Positions 1 to 8,794 of a DNA stretch of 64,000 bases are shown piece by piece (the first letter of the stretch is position 1; each line of letters begins with the position of its first letter). The DNA is from Omnitrophica WOR_2 bacterium RIFOXYA2_FULL_38_17 (GTDB lineage Bacteria > Omnitrophota > Gorgyraeia > Zapsychrales > Zapsychraceae). The notes under the pieces were generated by a model that had not been told where the DNA came from, made no database searches, and was given only the letters and a program-made list of their open reading frames with translations. Location of the stretch: assembly GCA_001805965.1 (NCBI GenBank), contig MHHG01000006.1, positions 3,741 to 67,740 on the forward strand, read 5' to 3'. The position numbers and the translations under genes were made by a program.

Positions 1-76
1 CAAACCGCCTCCTTGGGTATTTTTATGAAGTATTTTATTTGTATGAATGAAGGCTTCTAACACTTTATAGGAAAAA

Positions 77-955
77 ATGTTCGAAATTATTAATAAACAG
101 ATAATTGCGGAAAGCATAAAGAGAATAGATGTTTATGCTCCAGATATTGCAAGCAAGGTTTTGCCGGGACAGTTTGTAAAGATATGCCCTGAGGAAGGTG
201 ATGAAAGTATTCCTTTAACGGTTTCGGACCATGATGCGGCAAGAGGGATCATTACGCTTATTTTCCAGGAGGTTGGAAGCACAACTGGAAAATTAGGATC
301 TTTGCCAATAGGGGAAGCTGTATTTTCTATTCTTGGTCCTTTGGGTAAGGCGGTTCACATTGAAAAAGTGGGCAGGGTTATTTGTATTGCAACTGGAATA
401 GGAGCTGCTCAGATCCTTCCTATTTGTCGTGCCTTGAAAAAAGAGGGAAACAAAATTGTCGGCATAATTGGAGCTAAGACAAAATCAAAATTGATGCTTG
501 AAGCACAGATGAGAATAGCGTGTGATAAAATTCTTATTGCAACGGAAGATGGTTCTTATGTAAGGAGAGGGCTTGCTTCTGATGTTTTAAGAGAGGTCAT
601 TGGAAAAGAATCAATAGACCTTGTATATGCAATTGGTAATTTGGAAATGATGGAAACAGTTTGCTCAATTACAAAAAAAGCAAAGATCAAGACTCTAGTT
701 CAGCTAAAGCCTATCATGGTAGATTGCGTCGGAATGTGTGGGTCTTGCAGGGTAAAGGTCGGTGGCAAGATATTGATGGCGTGTACAGATGGACCGGAGT
801 TTGATGGCCATAAAGTGGATTTTAAAGATTATCAAATCAGGAAAAAATCACATGAGGAAGCAGGCAAATGCTTAAATCAAAAGTCATTACCCAATCAGCA
901 ACAAAGAGAATCGGGAATTTTAACGAAGTTTCTCTCGGGTATTCTAAAAAAATAG
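77..955 (+). CDS. NfnA/SudB/PyrK-family FAD/NAD(P)-binding ferredoxin reductase-like electron-transfer subunit
   Basis: The translation has an FAD/NAD-binding oxidoreductase fold and a C-terminal Cys cluster (CVGMCGSCRV) typical of the [2Fe-2S] PyrK/NfnA subunits. It is immediately followed by, and overlaps, a GltD/NfnB-like gene. Confidence 0.7.
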   Translation: MFEIINKQIIAESIKRIDVYAPDIASKVLPGQFVKICPEEGDESIPLTVSDHDAARGIITLIFQEVGSTTGKLGSLPIGEAVFSILGPLGKAVHIEKVGRVICIATGIGAAQILPICRALKKEGNKIVGIIGAKTKSKLMLEAQMRIACDKILIATEDGSYVRRGLASDVLREVIGKESIDLVYAIGNLEMMETVCSITKKAKIKTLVQLKPIMVDCVGMCGSCRVKVGGKILMACTDGPEFDGHKVDFKDYQIRKKSHEEAGKCLNQKSLPNQQQRESGILTKFLSGILKK

Positions 956-2244
956 CGATAGAGGAGTCGAGGAGGTGTCCGCAGTGCACTGAACCTAAGT
1001 GTGTTGATGCTTGTCCGGCTCGAGTTGATATCCCTAAGTTTATCAGGGCATTAAGAGAAGGGGATATCGCAGGAGCATATTCTAAGATAAAGGAAGAGAA
1101 TTGTTTCCCATCTGTTTGTGGACGTATATGTTTTGCGCCTTGTGAAGATGCGTGTGTATTAGCCAAGGAGAACGCTCCTATCGGAATTCGTGCACTTGAG
1201 AGATATATTGCTGATTTTGGTAAATCACGTTTTACAAAAAAGGAATCTTTTTTAAAAATAGCAAAAAGAGTTGCTATTATCGGGGCAGGTCCCAGCGGTC
1301 TTGCAGCAGCCTGCAGCCTTTCAAATAAAGGTTATTCTGTTGAGGTTTTTGAATCATCCGATAAACCAGGAGGGGTCTTATTCTACGGTGTACCGGGTTT
1401 TAGGATACCAAAAAAAGTTCTGGAATCTGAGATCAATGATATTAAAGCCTTAGGCGTAGAGATAAAGAATAATTTTCTGGCAGGCAAAACAGTGCTAATT
1501 GAGGAATTGTTTGGCTCGGGATTTAATGCTGTCTTGATAGCAACCGGAGCAGGAATCCCAAAGCTAATTGACCTACCTGGGGCAAATTTAGGCGGTGTTT
1601 ATTATGGCGAAGAGTTTCTAATGAGGACTAATCTTATTAAGACGAACATTTTTTCCAGATATGTTCCTTCTTTTCCTTTGGGAGAAAGGATCGCTGTTGT
1701 TGGCTCCGGTAATACTGCTTTAGATTGTGCCAGGTCAGCAGTAAGATTTGGCAGGTCAGTCAGCTTGATCTTTAGGAGGACTGAAGATGAGATGATGGTG
1801 CGTTTTGAAGAAAGACAATATGCAAAGGAAGAGGGGGTCAGTTTTCATTCACTAACTCGTCCTGTAGAAATTATTTCAAATAATAGTGGGTTTGTAGGTG
1901 GTTTAAAATGTGTGCGTATGGATTATGCAGATGAAGATTCTGACGGAAAATGGCAGCTTGCTGAAGTTCCGGATTCTGAATTTATTATTGAAGCTGACAC
2001 CGTAGTGATTGCAGTCGGACATAAACCTAATTCTTTAGCTTGTAAAGACAGTGCCAAGATGTCGCCGTCAATCAGTAAAAGTGGCACTATCAAGGTTAAC
2101 AGCAGTAATCTTATGACAAACATTGAAGGGGTTTTTGCTTGTGGCAATGTGACAACTGATGCACGTCCTCTGGTTGAAGCTATTGCATCAGGGAAACGGG
2201 CTGCAGAGGGTATAGATGTTTATTTGAAGAAGATCGTTAAATGA
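868..2244 (+). CDS. NfnB/GltD/SudA-family NAD(P)H-dependent oxidoreductase (glutamate synthase small-chain-like)
   Basis: N-terminal 2x[4Fe-4S] Cys motifs (CPQCTEPKCVDACP; CGRICFAPCEDAC). Two dinucleotide-binding GxGxxG motifs (IIGAGPSGLAAA; VVGSGNTALDCA). The start overlaps the preceding ORF by 88 nt. Confidence 0.8.
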   Translation: MLKSKVITQSATKRIGNFNEVSLGYSKKIAIEESRRCPQCTEPKCVDACPARVDIPKFIRALREGDIAGAYSKIKEENCFPSVCGRICFAPCEDACVLAKENAPIGIRALERYIADFGKSRFTKKESFLKIAKRVAIIGAGPSGLAAACSLSNKGYSVEVFESSDKPGGVLFYGVPGFRIPKKVLESEINDIKALGVEIKNNFLAGKTVLIEELFGSGFNAVLIATGAGIPKLIDLPGANLGGVYYGEEFLMRTNLIKTNIFSRYVPSFPLGERIAVVGSGNTALDCARSAVRFGRSVSLIFRRTEDEMMVRFEERQYAKEEGVSFHSLTRPVEIISNNSGFVGGLKCVRMDYADEDSDGKWQLAEVPDSEFIIEADTVVIAVGHKPNSLACKDSAKMSPSISKSGTIKVNSSNLMTNIEGVFACGNVTTDARPLVEAIASGKRAAEGIDVYLKKIVK

Positions 2245-2273
2245 TTTATTAAGTTTGAACTGAGGAAGATATA

Positions 2274-3113
2274 ATGAACCAAAGGATAACTGTTCAAGAG
2301 ATAATAGCTAAAAAGAAATCCGGAGAGAAGATAACGGTACTTACTGCTTATGATTATTCTGGTGCGTTGTTAATCGATAAAGCAGGTATTGATATTGTTT
2401 TAGTCGGAGATTCTCTTGCAAATGTTGTCCTGGGCCTGGATTCTACTCTAGAAGTAGGCATGGCAGAAATGATACATCATGCAAAGGCAGTAAACAGGGG
2501 TGTTAAGAGGGCGCTTGTTGTTGGGGATATGCCTTATGAGGCCTATCAAATTGATGTATTTAAAGCAGTTGAAAATGCAAAGAGGTTTGTTGATGAAGCT
2601 GGATGTGATGCCATCAAGCTTGAGTGGTTCGATCAATGTTTAGAAGTTGCAGAAATGGTAGTTGCCCAGGGAATACCTGTAATGGGACATGTTGGTTTAA
2701 CTCCTCAGACTGCTGAAAAGTTGGGGGGGTTTAAAGTTCAGGGTAAAGATGCTGAATCCGCGAAAAAGATCATTGATAATGCAAAGGCCTTAGAGGCAAA
2801 AGGATGCTTTTGTGTGGTATTAGAATGTGTCCCTTTTGCTTTGGCCGAGATCATCACTAAAGAGTTAAGTATCCCTACGATAGGGATCGGGGCCGGCGTC
2901 TATTGCGATGGACAGGTTTTGGTAACAAATGATCTCTTGGGATTGTTTGATAGATATGTCCCAAAATTTGTTAAAAAATATGCGGACCTGAGCGAAGCTA
3001 CATTAAAAGCAATAACTCAATTCCGGGATGAAGTAAAAGCTAGGAAATTTCCTGATGTTGAGCATAGCTATTCAATGTCAATTGATGAAATTAATAGAAT
3101 AAAGGAAGCATAA
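2274..3113 (+). CDS. panB: 3-methyl-2-oxobutanoate hydroxymethyltransferase (ketopantoate hydroxymethyltransferase)
   Basis: Protein-level match to the PanB family ([21 protein letters not shown] motifs). Length of 279 aa is typical. Confidence 0.9.
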   Translation: MNQRITVQEIIAKKKSGEKITVLTAYDYSGALLIDKAGIDIVLVGDSLANVVLGLDSTLEVGMAEMIHHAKAVNRGVKRALVVGDMPYEAYQIDVFKAVENAKRFVDEAGCDAIKLEWFDQCLEVAEMVVAQGIPVMGHVGLTPQTAEKLGGFKVQGKDAESAKKIIDNAKALEAKGCFCVVLECVPFALAEIITKELSIPTIGIGAGVYCDGQVLVTNDLLGLFDRYVPKFVKKYADLSEATLKAITQFRDEVKARKFPDVEHSYSMSIDEINRIKEA

Positions 3114-3115
3114 TA

Positions 3116-3454
3116 ATGAAAAAATGCCCCTTTTGTGCCGAAGAGATACAGGATGAAGCAATAAAGTGTAAGCATTGTTCTGAGTTTTTAAATGGAGCAA
3201 GGCCTGCTCCACAAAAAAAGGACAATTTGTCATTGATGCAAAAAGTTCCCTGGTTCTTGGGATTTTTAATTATCGGCCCTTTTGTTTTACCTCTTGTTTG
3301 GAAGAATGCGAAATATTCAAAAGAATATAAGATAATTATTACGATAGTGATATTAGCGCTCACATTGGTTATTGTGTTCGCGTTGATCGCTGCTGTAAAA
3401 AGCATAGCAGCCTATTACAAGAGCCTGACTAATTTATTTAATGGTATGTATTAA
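3116..3454 (+). CDS. zinc-ribbon (CPFC...CKHC) membrane protein, unknown function
   Basis: N-terminal CxxC-x13-CxxC zinc ribbon followed by two predicted TM helices. Its start is 2 nt after the panB stop. Confidence 0.5.
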   Translation: MKKCPFCAEEIQDEAIKCKHCSEFLNGARPAPQKKDNLSLMQKVPWFLGFLIIGPFVLPLVWKNAKYSKEYKIIITIVILALTLVIVFALIAAVKSIAAYYKSLTNLFNGMY

Positions 3455-3602
3455 TAGAATGTAAATTATCTTGAATTTATATCCCCGCATAATTACCGTG
3501 GGGAGTTTAATTTGGTTAGCTTTTACTGGACATCATGGTTAATATTTGTTAGTATGCCCACGTTTTTTTAAGTATAGTTCGCTGGTTTGATCGATAAAAG
3601 CA

Positions 3603-4544
3603 ATGGATAAAAATCACCCAATAAAAAGAATAAATAGGTTTATAGCTCGAAGCGTTTTCTTTGTGTTTCAAGCAGTTATTCGTATCTTCCCTTATCCTGT
3701 TTTCCGTATAATATTCTGGATCTTCATTCCTTTTGGATATTGCTTTATGCTTGTTAAAAGAGGTTTTGTTATGGGGAATCTCAGGACAGCTTTTGGCAAT
3801 GAGAAGACCGAATTTGAATTAAAAAAAATAGCTAATGATTATTTTTATAATTTTGGAAAAGGAATGATAGAGCTAATCTATTTGCTTAACAGGCCAAAGA
3901 AGATCGTAGAGAATGTTTCAATAGAAGGTCTGGAAAATTTAGAAAAAGTTCTTTCGGCGAATAAAGGGGCGATTATCATTAGTGCGCATTTTGGAAGTTT
4001 TATTGCAATGTATCTTAGGATAATTCAGCAAGGGTATAAAACCAATGTCGTTATGCGTAGAATGAGGGACAATGTTTTCGAAGAGTATATTTCAGATCTC
4101 AGAAGGAAGCTGGGAATTCAAACGATATATTCTCTTCCTCAAAGACAATGTATTCAAGAATCAATTAAAGCATTAAGAAGAAATGAGCTATTATTTATGC
4201 TAATGGATCAGAATTTTGGCGGAGAGGGAGGCGTTTTTGTTGATTTTATGGATAAAAAAGCTTCAACAGCCCCAGGAGCGATAGTTTTTGCAAAACGTAC
4301 AAAAGCGCCTGTGGTTCCGATGTTCATAAGGCGTGATGGCAAAGATAGCTATAAAATTATCATTGAGCCTGAAATGACACTGGAAGAGGATGAAGATGAT
4401 AAGAGGTCAATAGAGCTTAATGTTGCAAAAGCAACAAGAATAATCGAGAGGTATGTAAGGCAATATCCGCATGAATGGGGAGGGTGGATGCATAAGAGAT
4501 GGAAGACAGAATACTCTGAGTTTTCTTCGAATGACCCCAAATAG
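3603..4544 (+). CDS. LpxL/HtrB-family (lipid A biosynthesis-type) lysophospholipid/lipid acyltransferase
   Basis: N-terminal membrane anchor and an AHFGSF (HX4-type) acyltransferase motif. Overall similarity to the Lip_A_acyltrans family. Size of 313 aa is typical. Confidence 0.6.
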   Translation: MDKNHPIKRINRFIARSVFFVFQAVIRIFPYPVFRIIFWIFIPFGYCFMLVKRGFVMGNLRTAFGNEKTEFELKKIANDYFYNFGKGMIELIYLLNRPKKIVENVSIEGLENLEKVLSANKGAIIISAHFGSFIAMYLRIIQQGYKTNVVMRRMRDNVFEEYISDLRRKLGIQTIYSLPQRQCIQESIKALRRNELLFMLMDQNFGGEGGVFVDFMDKKASTAPGAIVFAKRTKAPVVPMFIRRDGKDSYKIIIEPEMTLEEDEDDKRSIELNVAKATRIIERYVRQYPHEWGGWMHKRWKTEYSEFSSNDPK

Positions 4545-4595
4545 GTCTTGTCTCAAAAAAACTAATATTTTAATTTTAGACTTTATATTTCTCAT

Positions 4596-5999
4596 ATGTT
4601 ATTTAATTCTGTAGAGTTCTTAATATTTTTTACAATAGTTTATTCCTTGTATTTGATCCTGAATTTTAAGTGGCAGAACCGAATGCTCCTTGTTGCCAGT
4701 TATGTGTTTTACGGTTTTTGGGATTGGCGTTTTCTTTCATTGATCATTTTTTCTACTATTGTTGATTATTGTTGCGGTTTGTATATAGCCGAGACTGATG
4801 ACGTTAAAAAGAAAAAGAAATTATTGTTAATAAGTATTTTTATGAATCTTGCGCTCCTTGGATTTTTTAAATATTTTAATTTTTTTGCAGGAAGTTTAAT
4901 AAAGTTGTTTAGCTTATTTGGTGTTTCATTAAAACTGCAGTATCTGAATGTTATCCTTCCCGTAGGAATCTCATTTTATACTTTTCAAACATTAAGTTAT
5001 ACCTTTGATATTTATAAAGGGCAGCTTAAGCCGACAAAAAAATTCTTTGATTTTGCGTTGTTTGTGGCATTTTTCCCCCAATTGGTCGCCGGTCCGATCG
5101 AAAGGGCTAAATGCCTTTTACCTCAAATTCTTGAGCCTCGATCGGTAACACTTAATAAATTTTATGAAGGATGTTTTCTTGTGTTTTGGGGGCTTTTTGA
5201 GAAAATATTTATTTCAGGAAATCTGGCAAAGATAGTTGACCCTGTCTTTGTTTCCGGAGAACATAAAGGTTCAGAGGTTATGGTCGCTCTTTATGCCTTT
5301 GCATTCCAGATCCTTTGTGATTTTGATGGGTATTCGAATATTGCAAGAGGTTTAGGCAAGGTCATGGGTTTTGAATTGATGATAAATTTCAATTTGCCTT
5401 ATTTTGCAACAAATCCGAGCGATTTCTGGAAAAGGTGGCATATCAGCCTTTCAACATGGCTTAAGGATTATCTTTATATCCCTTTAGGAGGGAACAAGGT
5501 CTCTAATTTGATAACATATAGAAATCTGGCAATAACCATGTTATTGGGCGGGTTATGGCACGGAGCTGCTTGGACCTTTGTTGTGTGGGGCGCGTATCAG
5601 GGGATTTTGCTAATGGCTCACCGCAAAGTTTCTTCAATAAGAATATTTGACTTTTTGAAGAACAGGTTTTTTATTGTTAAGCTTTTTGTTTTTTTTCATT
5701 TGGTGGTCCTTGGCTGGCTGTTTTTCAGGGCGCAGAACATGGCGCAAGTAATGAGGATGCTCCATTCTATTGTTTTTAGTCTTGATCTTGACGGGAACAC
5801 TTTGGTGCTTTTCCAAAGATTCCTGCTTGTTGTTTTACCGTTATTGATAGTACAGATCGGCCAGTATAAGAAAAATGATCTGATGTTCCTTTTTCACGGG
5901 CACTGGTTCATTAAGACTTTTGCATATGCTTTAATGACATATCTTATTTTAGGGTATGGAGTTTTAACGGCTGAAGAATTCATTTATTTTCAATTTTGA
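4596..5999 (+). CDS. MBOAT-family membrane-bound O-acyltransferase (AlgI/DltB/PatA-like)
   Basis: Polytopic membrane protein with the conserved MBOAT block WHISLSTWLKDYLYIPLGGNK (catalytic His) and an AlgI-like N-terminus (MLFNSVEFLIFF). Confidence 0.85.
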   Translation: MLFNSVEFLIFFTIVYSLYLILNFKWQNRMLLVASYVFYGFWDWRFLSLIIFSTIVDYCCGLYIAETDDVKKKKKLLLISIFMNLALLGFFKYFNFFAGSLIKLFSLFGVSLKLQYLNVILPVGISFYTFQTLSYTFDIYKGQLKPTKKFFDFALFVAFFPQLVAGPIERAKCLLPQILEPRSVTLNKFYEGCFLVFWGLFEKIFISGNLAKIVDPVFVSGEHKGSEVMVALYAFAFQILCDFDGYSNIARGLGKVMGFELMINFNLPYFATNPSDFWKRWHISLSTWLKDYLYIPLGGNKVSNLITYRNLAITMLLGGLWHGAAWTFVVWGAYQGILLMAHRKVSSIRIFDFLKNRFFIVKLFVFFHLVVLGWLFFRAQNMAQVMRMLHSIVFSLDLDGNTLVLFQRFLLVVLPLLIVQIGQYKKNDLMFLFHGHWFIKTFAYALMTYLILGYGVLTAEEFIYFQF

Positions 6000-7327
6000 T
6001 GTGTTTAAAATATATGTTCACAAATTATAAAATTTTAACTAGAGTTGCATTTAGAATAGTTTTGTTCCTTCTTTTTATTGAGATATTCCTGCGTTTCGAT
6101 GGATGGATATCTTTAGTTCTTCAGGAGAACAGAAATAAAAGTAATTTAAAAGGACTGAATACTTACAGGATTATATGTATTGGTGATTCAAATACGGCTT
6201 TGGGGGGTGATGAATCTTTTCCTAGTCAACTTGATGTTGTTTTAAACAAATTAGATACAAAAAGAAAATATGAAGTTATCAATAAGGGTTTACCTGCGGC
6301 GGATTCAACGGAAATAGTGGATAATGTTGAAGAGTTGATTAACGAGTATAAGCCTAATATGATAGTTTCAATGATGGGTGCAAATGATAGGAATGATCTA
6401 ACAAAAGAAGATCCGGTTTTTATTCTCATTTCACGATTGAAGGTATTTAAATTAGCCCAGGGAGTTTTTTTGAGACTATTATATTTTAAAAGTGACAAGG
6501 GAATTAATCAGCTGCTTTTAGAAAGAGCGCTTGTTCAGAAAAATAATATTACTGTAAAAAAACAAGAAGTTATTGAGCGTAAGGCAGTAGATCCTCAATA
6601 TGTTAAAATGCTTTTCTTAGGACTTAAAATGCTAGAAGTAAAAGATTATGTGAAAGCGGAAGTAATTTTTAAAAGCCTTGTTTCACAGGATCTTGATATT
6701 ATTTTTCTAGATAGAGCGTACAAAGAGTTGGGGAATAGTTTAAAAGCGCAAGGGAAAATAAACGAGCTTATTAATGTTTTTAAATATCAGTTTGAAAGAG
6801 ATGAATTTAGTGTTTTTGCAACGGATGAAATTAGAGAGTTGTGCAGTAATAAGAAGGCAGTTTATGAGACTGAACAACTGCTTTTGTCATTGCTTGAGAT
6901 AAAACCAGACAGGGAAAATATTAATGGCTTGTTAGGTGCTTGTTATGCAGAGTGGGGAGATGATGTTAAGGCAGAAAAATATCTCAGTAAGGTGCGGGAG
7001 ATAAGAAGAAATGCTGTCAATGTTGCTTCTAAAAAGAATTATTTAAGGTTAGCTGAAATATTGAAGAAAAATAAAATTAAAGGAATTTTTGTGCAATATC
7101 CTATGCTGAGTATGGAAAATCTTGAAATACTGTTTAATGAAATGGATGATTCTTATGATTTCATTTTGGTGGATAATTTGGAAAATTTCAAGGAAGCTCT
7201 TAATCCTGAGAAATACAAAGAGTATTTTAGTGATAGAAGTTTAAATGACCGTGGTCATTGCACTCTAAAAGGAAATTTTATTCTTGCAGAGAACGTAGCT
7301 AAAGTTATTTTAAATAGTTTTAAATAG
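5996..7327 (+). CDS. membrane-anchored SGNH/GDSL hydrolase-like protein with C-terminal TPR-like region; probable partner of the MBOAT
   Basis: N-terminal TM anchor. GDS(N) block I (ICIGDSNT) and block III GxND (MMGANDRND). Overlaps the MBOAT stop by 4 nt, suggesting translational coupling. The arrangement is analogous to AlgI/AlgJ, PatA/PatB and DltB/DltD. Confidence 0.6.
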   Translation: MMCLKYMFTNYKILTRVAFRIVLFLLFIEIFLRFDGWISLVLQENRNKSNLKGLNTYRIICIGDSNTALGGDESFPSQLDVVLNKLDTKRKYEVINKGLPAADSTEIVDNVEELINEYKPNMIVSMMGANDRNDLTKEDPVFILISRLKVFKLAQGVFLRLLYFKSDKGINQLLLERALVQKNNITVKKQEVIERKAVDPQYVKMLFLGLKMLEVKDYVKAEVIFKSLVSQDLDIIFLDRAYKELGNSLKAQGKINELINVFKYQFERDEFSVFATDEIRELCSNKKAVYETEQLLLSLLEIKPDRENINGLLGACYAEWGDDVKAEKYLSKVREIRRNAVNVASKKNYLRLAEILKKNKIKGIFVQYPMLSMENLEILFNEMDDSYDFILVDNLENFKEALNPEKYKEYFSDRSLNDRGHCTLKGNFILAENVAKVILNSFK

Positions 7328-7459
7328 ATGAAGTTATACAAAAATGTTTTTTTCAACAAAGGCCTCTTCAGAGTTTTTTATGATTAAAAGCGGCTTGCTT
7401 TTTAGAGTTCTTTTGATACAATGGTGTTCTTAACGGAGAAAAATTGAGAGAATATATTA

Positions 7460-8767
7460 ATGAAAGATAATGAATTAATGGATAAAATTGTTTCACTTTG
7501 CAAAAGGCGCGGGTTTATTTTTCAGTCTTCCGAGATATATGGCGGCTTGGGCAGCACTTGGGATTATGGCCCTTTGGGTGCGGAGCTGAAAAGGAATGTA
7601 AAGAATGCATGGTGGAAATCGGTTGTCCACGATAGGGAAGATATTGTTGGCTTAGACGCAAGTATCTTGATGCATCCTAAGACCTGGGAAGCATCGGGGC
7701 ACGTTGAAGGCTTTAATGATATTTTGGTTGATTGTAAAAAGTGTAAAGGAAGGTTTCGCCAGGATCATTTAAAGGGTAAATGCCCTAATTGCGGTGCGAA
7801 TGATTTTACGGAAGGGCGTGCTTTTAATTTGATGATGAGCACTAACCTTGGAGCAATGGAAGATTCAAGCTCTAAGGTTTTTTTTCGCCCGGAAACTGCC
7901 CAGGGGATCTTTGTTAATTTTCAAAATGTAATTGATTCAACAAGCCGTAAGCTGCCTTTTGGTATTGCTCAAATGGGCAAGTCTTTTCGTAATGAAGTTA
8001 CTGCAGGTAATTTCACTTTTCGTATGCGTGAATTTGAGCAAATGGAAGTAGAGTATTTTACAACGCCTCAAGAAGCTGAAAAGTGCCATGAACAATGGAT
8101 AGCTGAACGATTTCAGTGGTATGTTGACCTAGGAATTAAGAAGGAAAATCTGCAGCTTCGAGAACATGGCTCAGATGAGTTGGCTCACTATGCAAAAAGG
8201 TGTTGTGATGTTGAGTACAATTTTCCGTTTGGCTGGTCAGAATTAGAAGGAATTGCAAATCGAGCGGATTTTGATCTAAAACAACATTCTGAGTTTTCAG
8301 GAAAAGACCTTCGCTATCAGGATAAGATCAGTAATGAACGGTTTTTCCCTTATGTAATTGAGCCTTCCGGAGGAGTTGACCGTGCAACGCTAGCTTTTTT
8401 AGTGGATGCATACCATGAGGAAGAGGTTGAAGGAAGTACAAGGGTGGTTTTAAGGCTCAATAAAAAACTGGCACCTCGCCATATAGCGATATTACCATTA
8501 TTGAAGAAGAATAATGAAATTGTTAATATGGCTAAAAATATTAAGAGCGACCTGCAAAAAGATTTTGTTTGTGTTTATGACGATACTGCTGCAATCGGTA
8601 AACTTTACAGGAGGCAAGACGAAGTGGGTACTGCATACTGTCTTACCATTGATGTGCAGTCATTAGAGGATAAACAAGTGACTATTAGGGACAGAGATAC
8701 AATGAAACAAGAAAGGATTTCTGTTGAAAATTTAAAAAAATATTTTAAAGAAAATTTAGGAATGTAA
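7460..8767 (+). CDS. glyQS: glycine--tRNA ligase (single-chain alpha2 type)
   Basis: Strong family match. Class II aaRS motifs and a C-terminal anticodon-binding domain. 435 aa. Confidence 0.92.
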   Translation: MKDNELMDKIVSLCKRRGFIFQSSEIYGGLGSTWDYGPLGAELKRNVKNAWWKSVVHDREDIVGLDASILMHPKTWEASGHVEGFNDILVDCKKCKGRFRQDHLKGKCPNCGANDFTEGRAFNLMMSTNLGAMEDSSSKVFFRPETAQGIFVNFQNVIDSTSRKLPFGIAQMGKSFRNEVTAGNFTFRMREFEQMEVEYFTTPQEAEKCHEQWIAERFQWYVDLGIKKENLQLREHGSDELAHYAKRCCDVEYNFPFGWSELEGIANRADFDLKQHSEFSGKDLRYQDKISNERFFPYVIEPSGGVDRATLAFLVDAYHEEEVEGSTRVVLRLNKKLAPRHIAILPLLKKNNEIVNMAKNIKSDLQKDFVCVYDDTAAIGKLYRRQDEVGTAYCLTIDVQSLEDKQVTIRDRDTMKQERISVENLKKYFKENLGM

Positions 8768-8794
8768 TCAGAAAAAGAAAGGGAAGAGTAAAAA

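Noticed and set aside
7328-7459. T-box leader upstream of glyQS.
   Set aside because: The 132-nt intergenic region is too short for a T-box. It lacks the conserved AGGGUGGNACCGCG T-box sequence and a specifier-loop arrangement.
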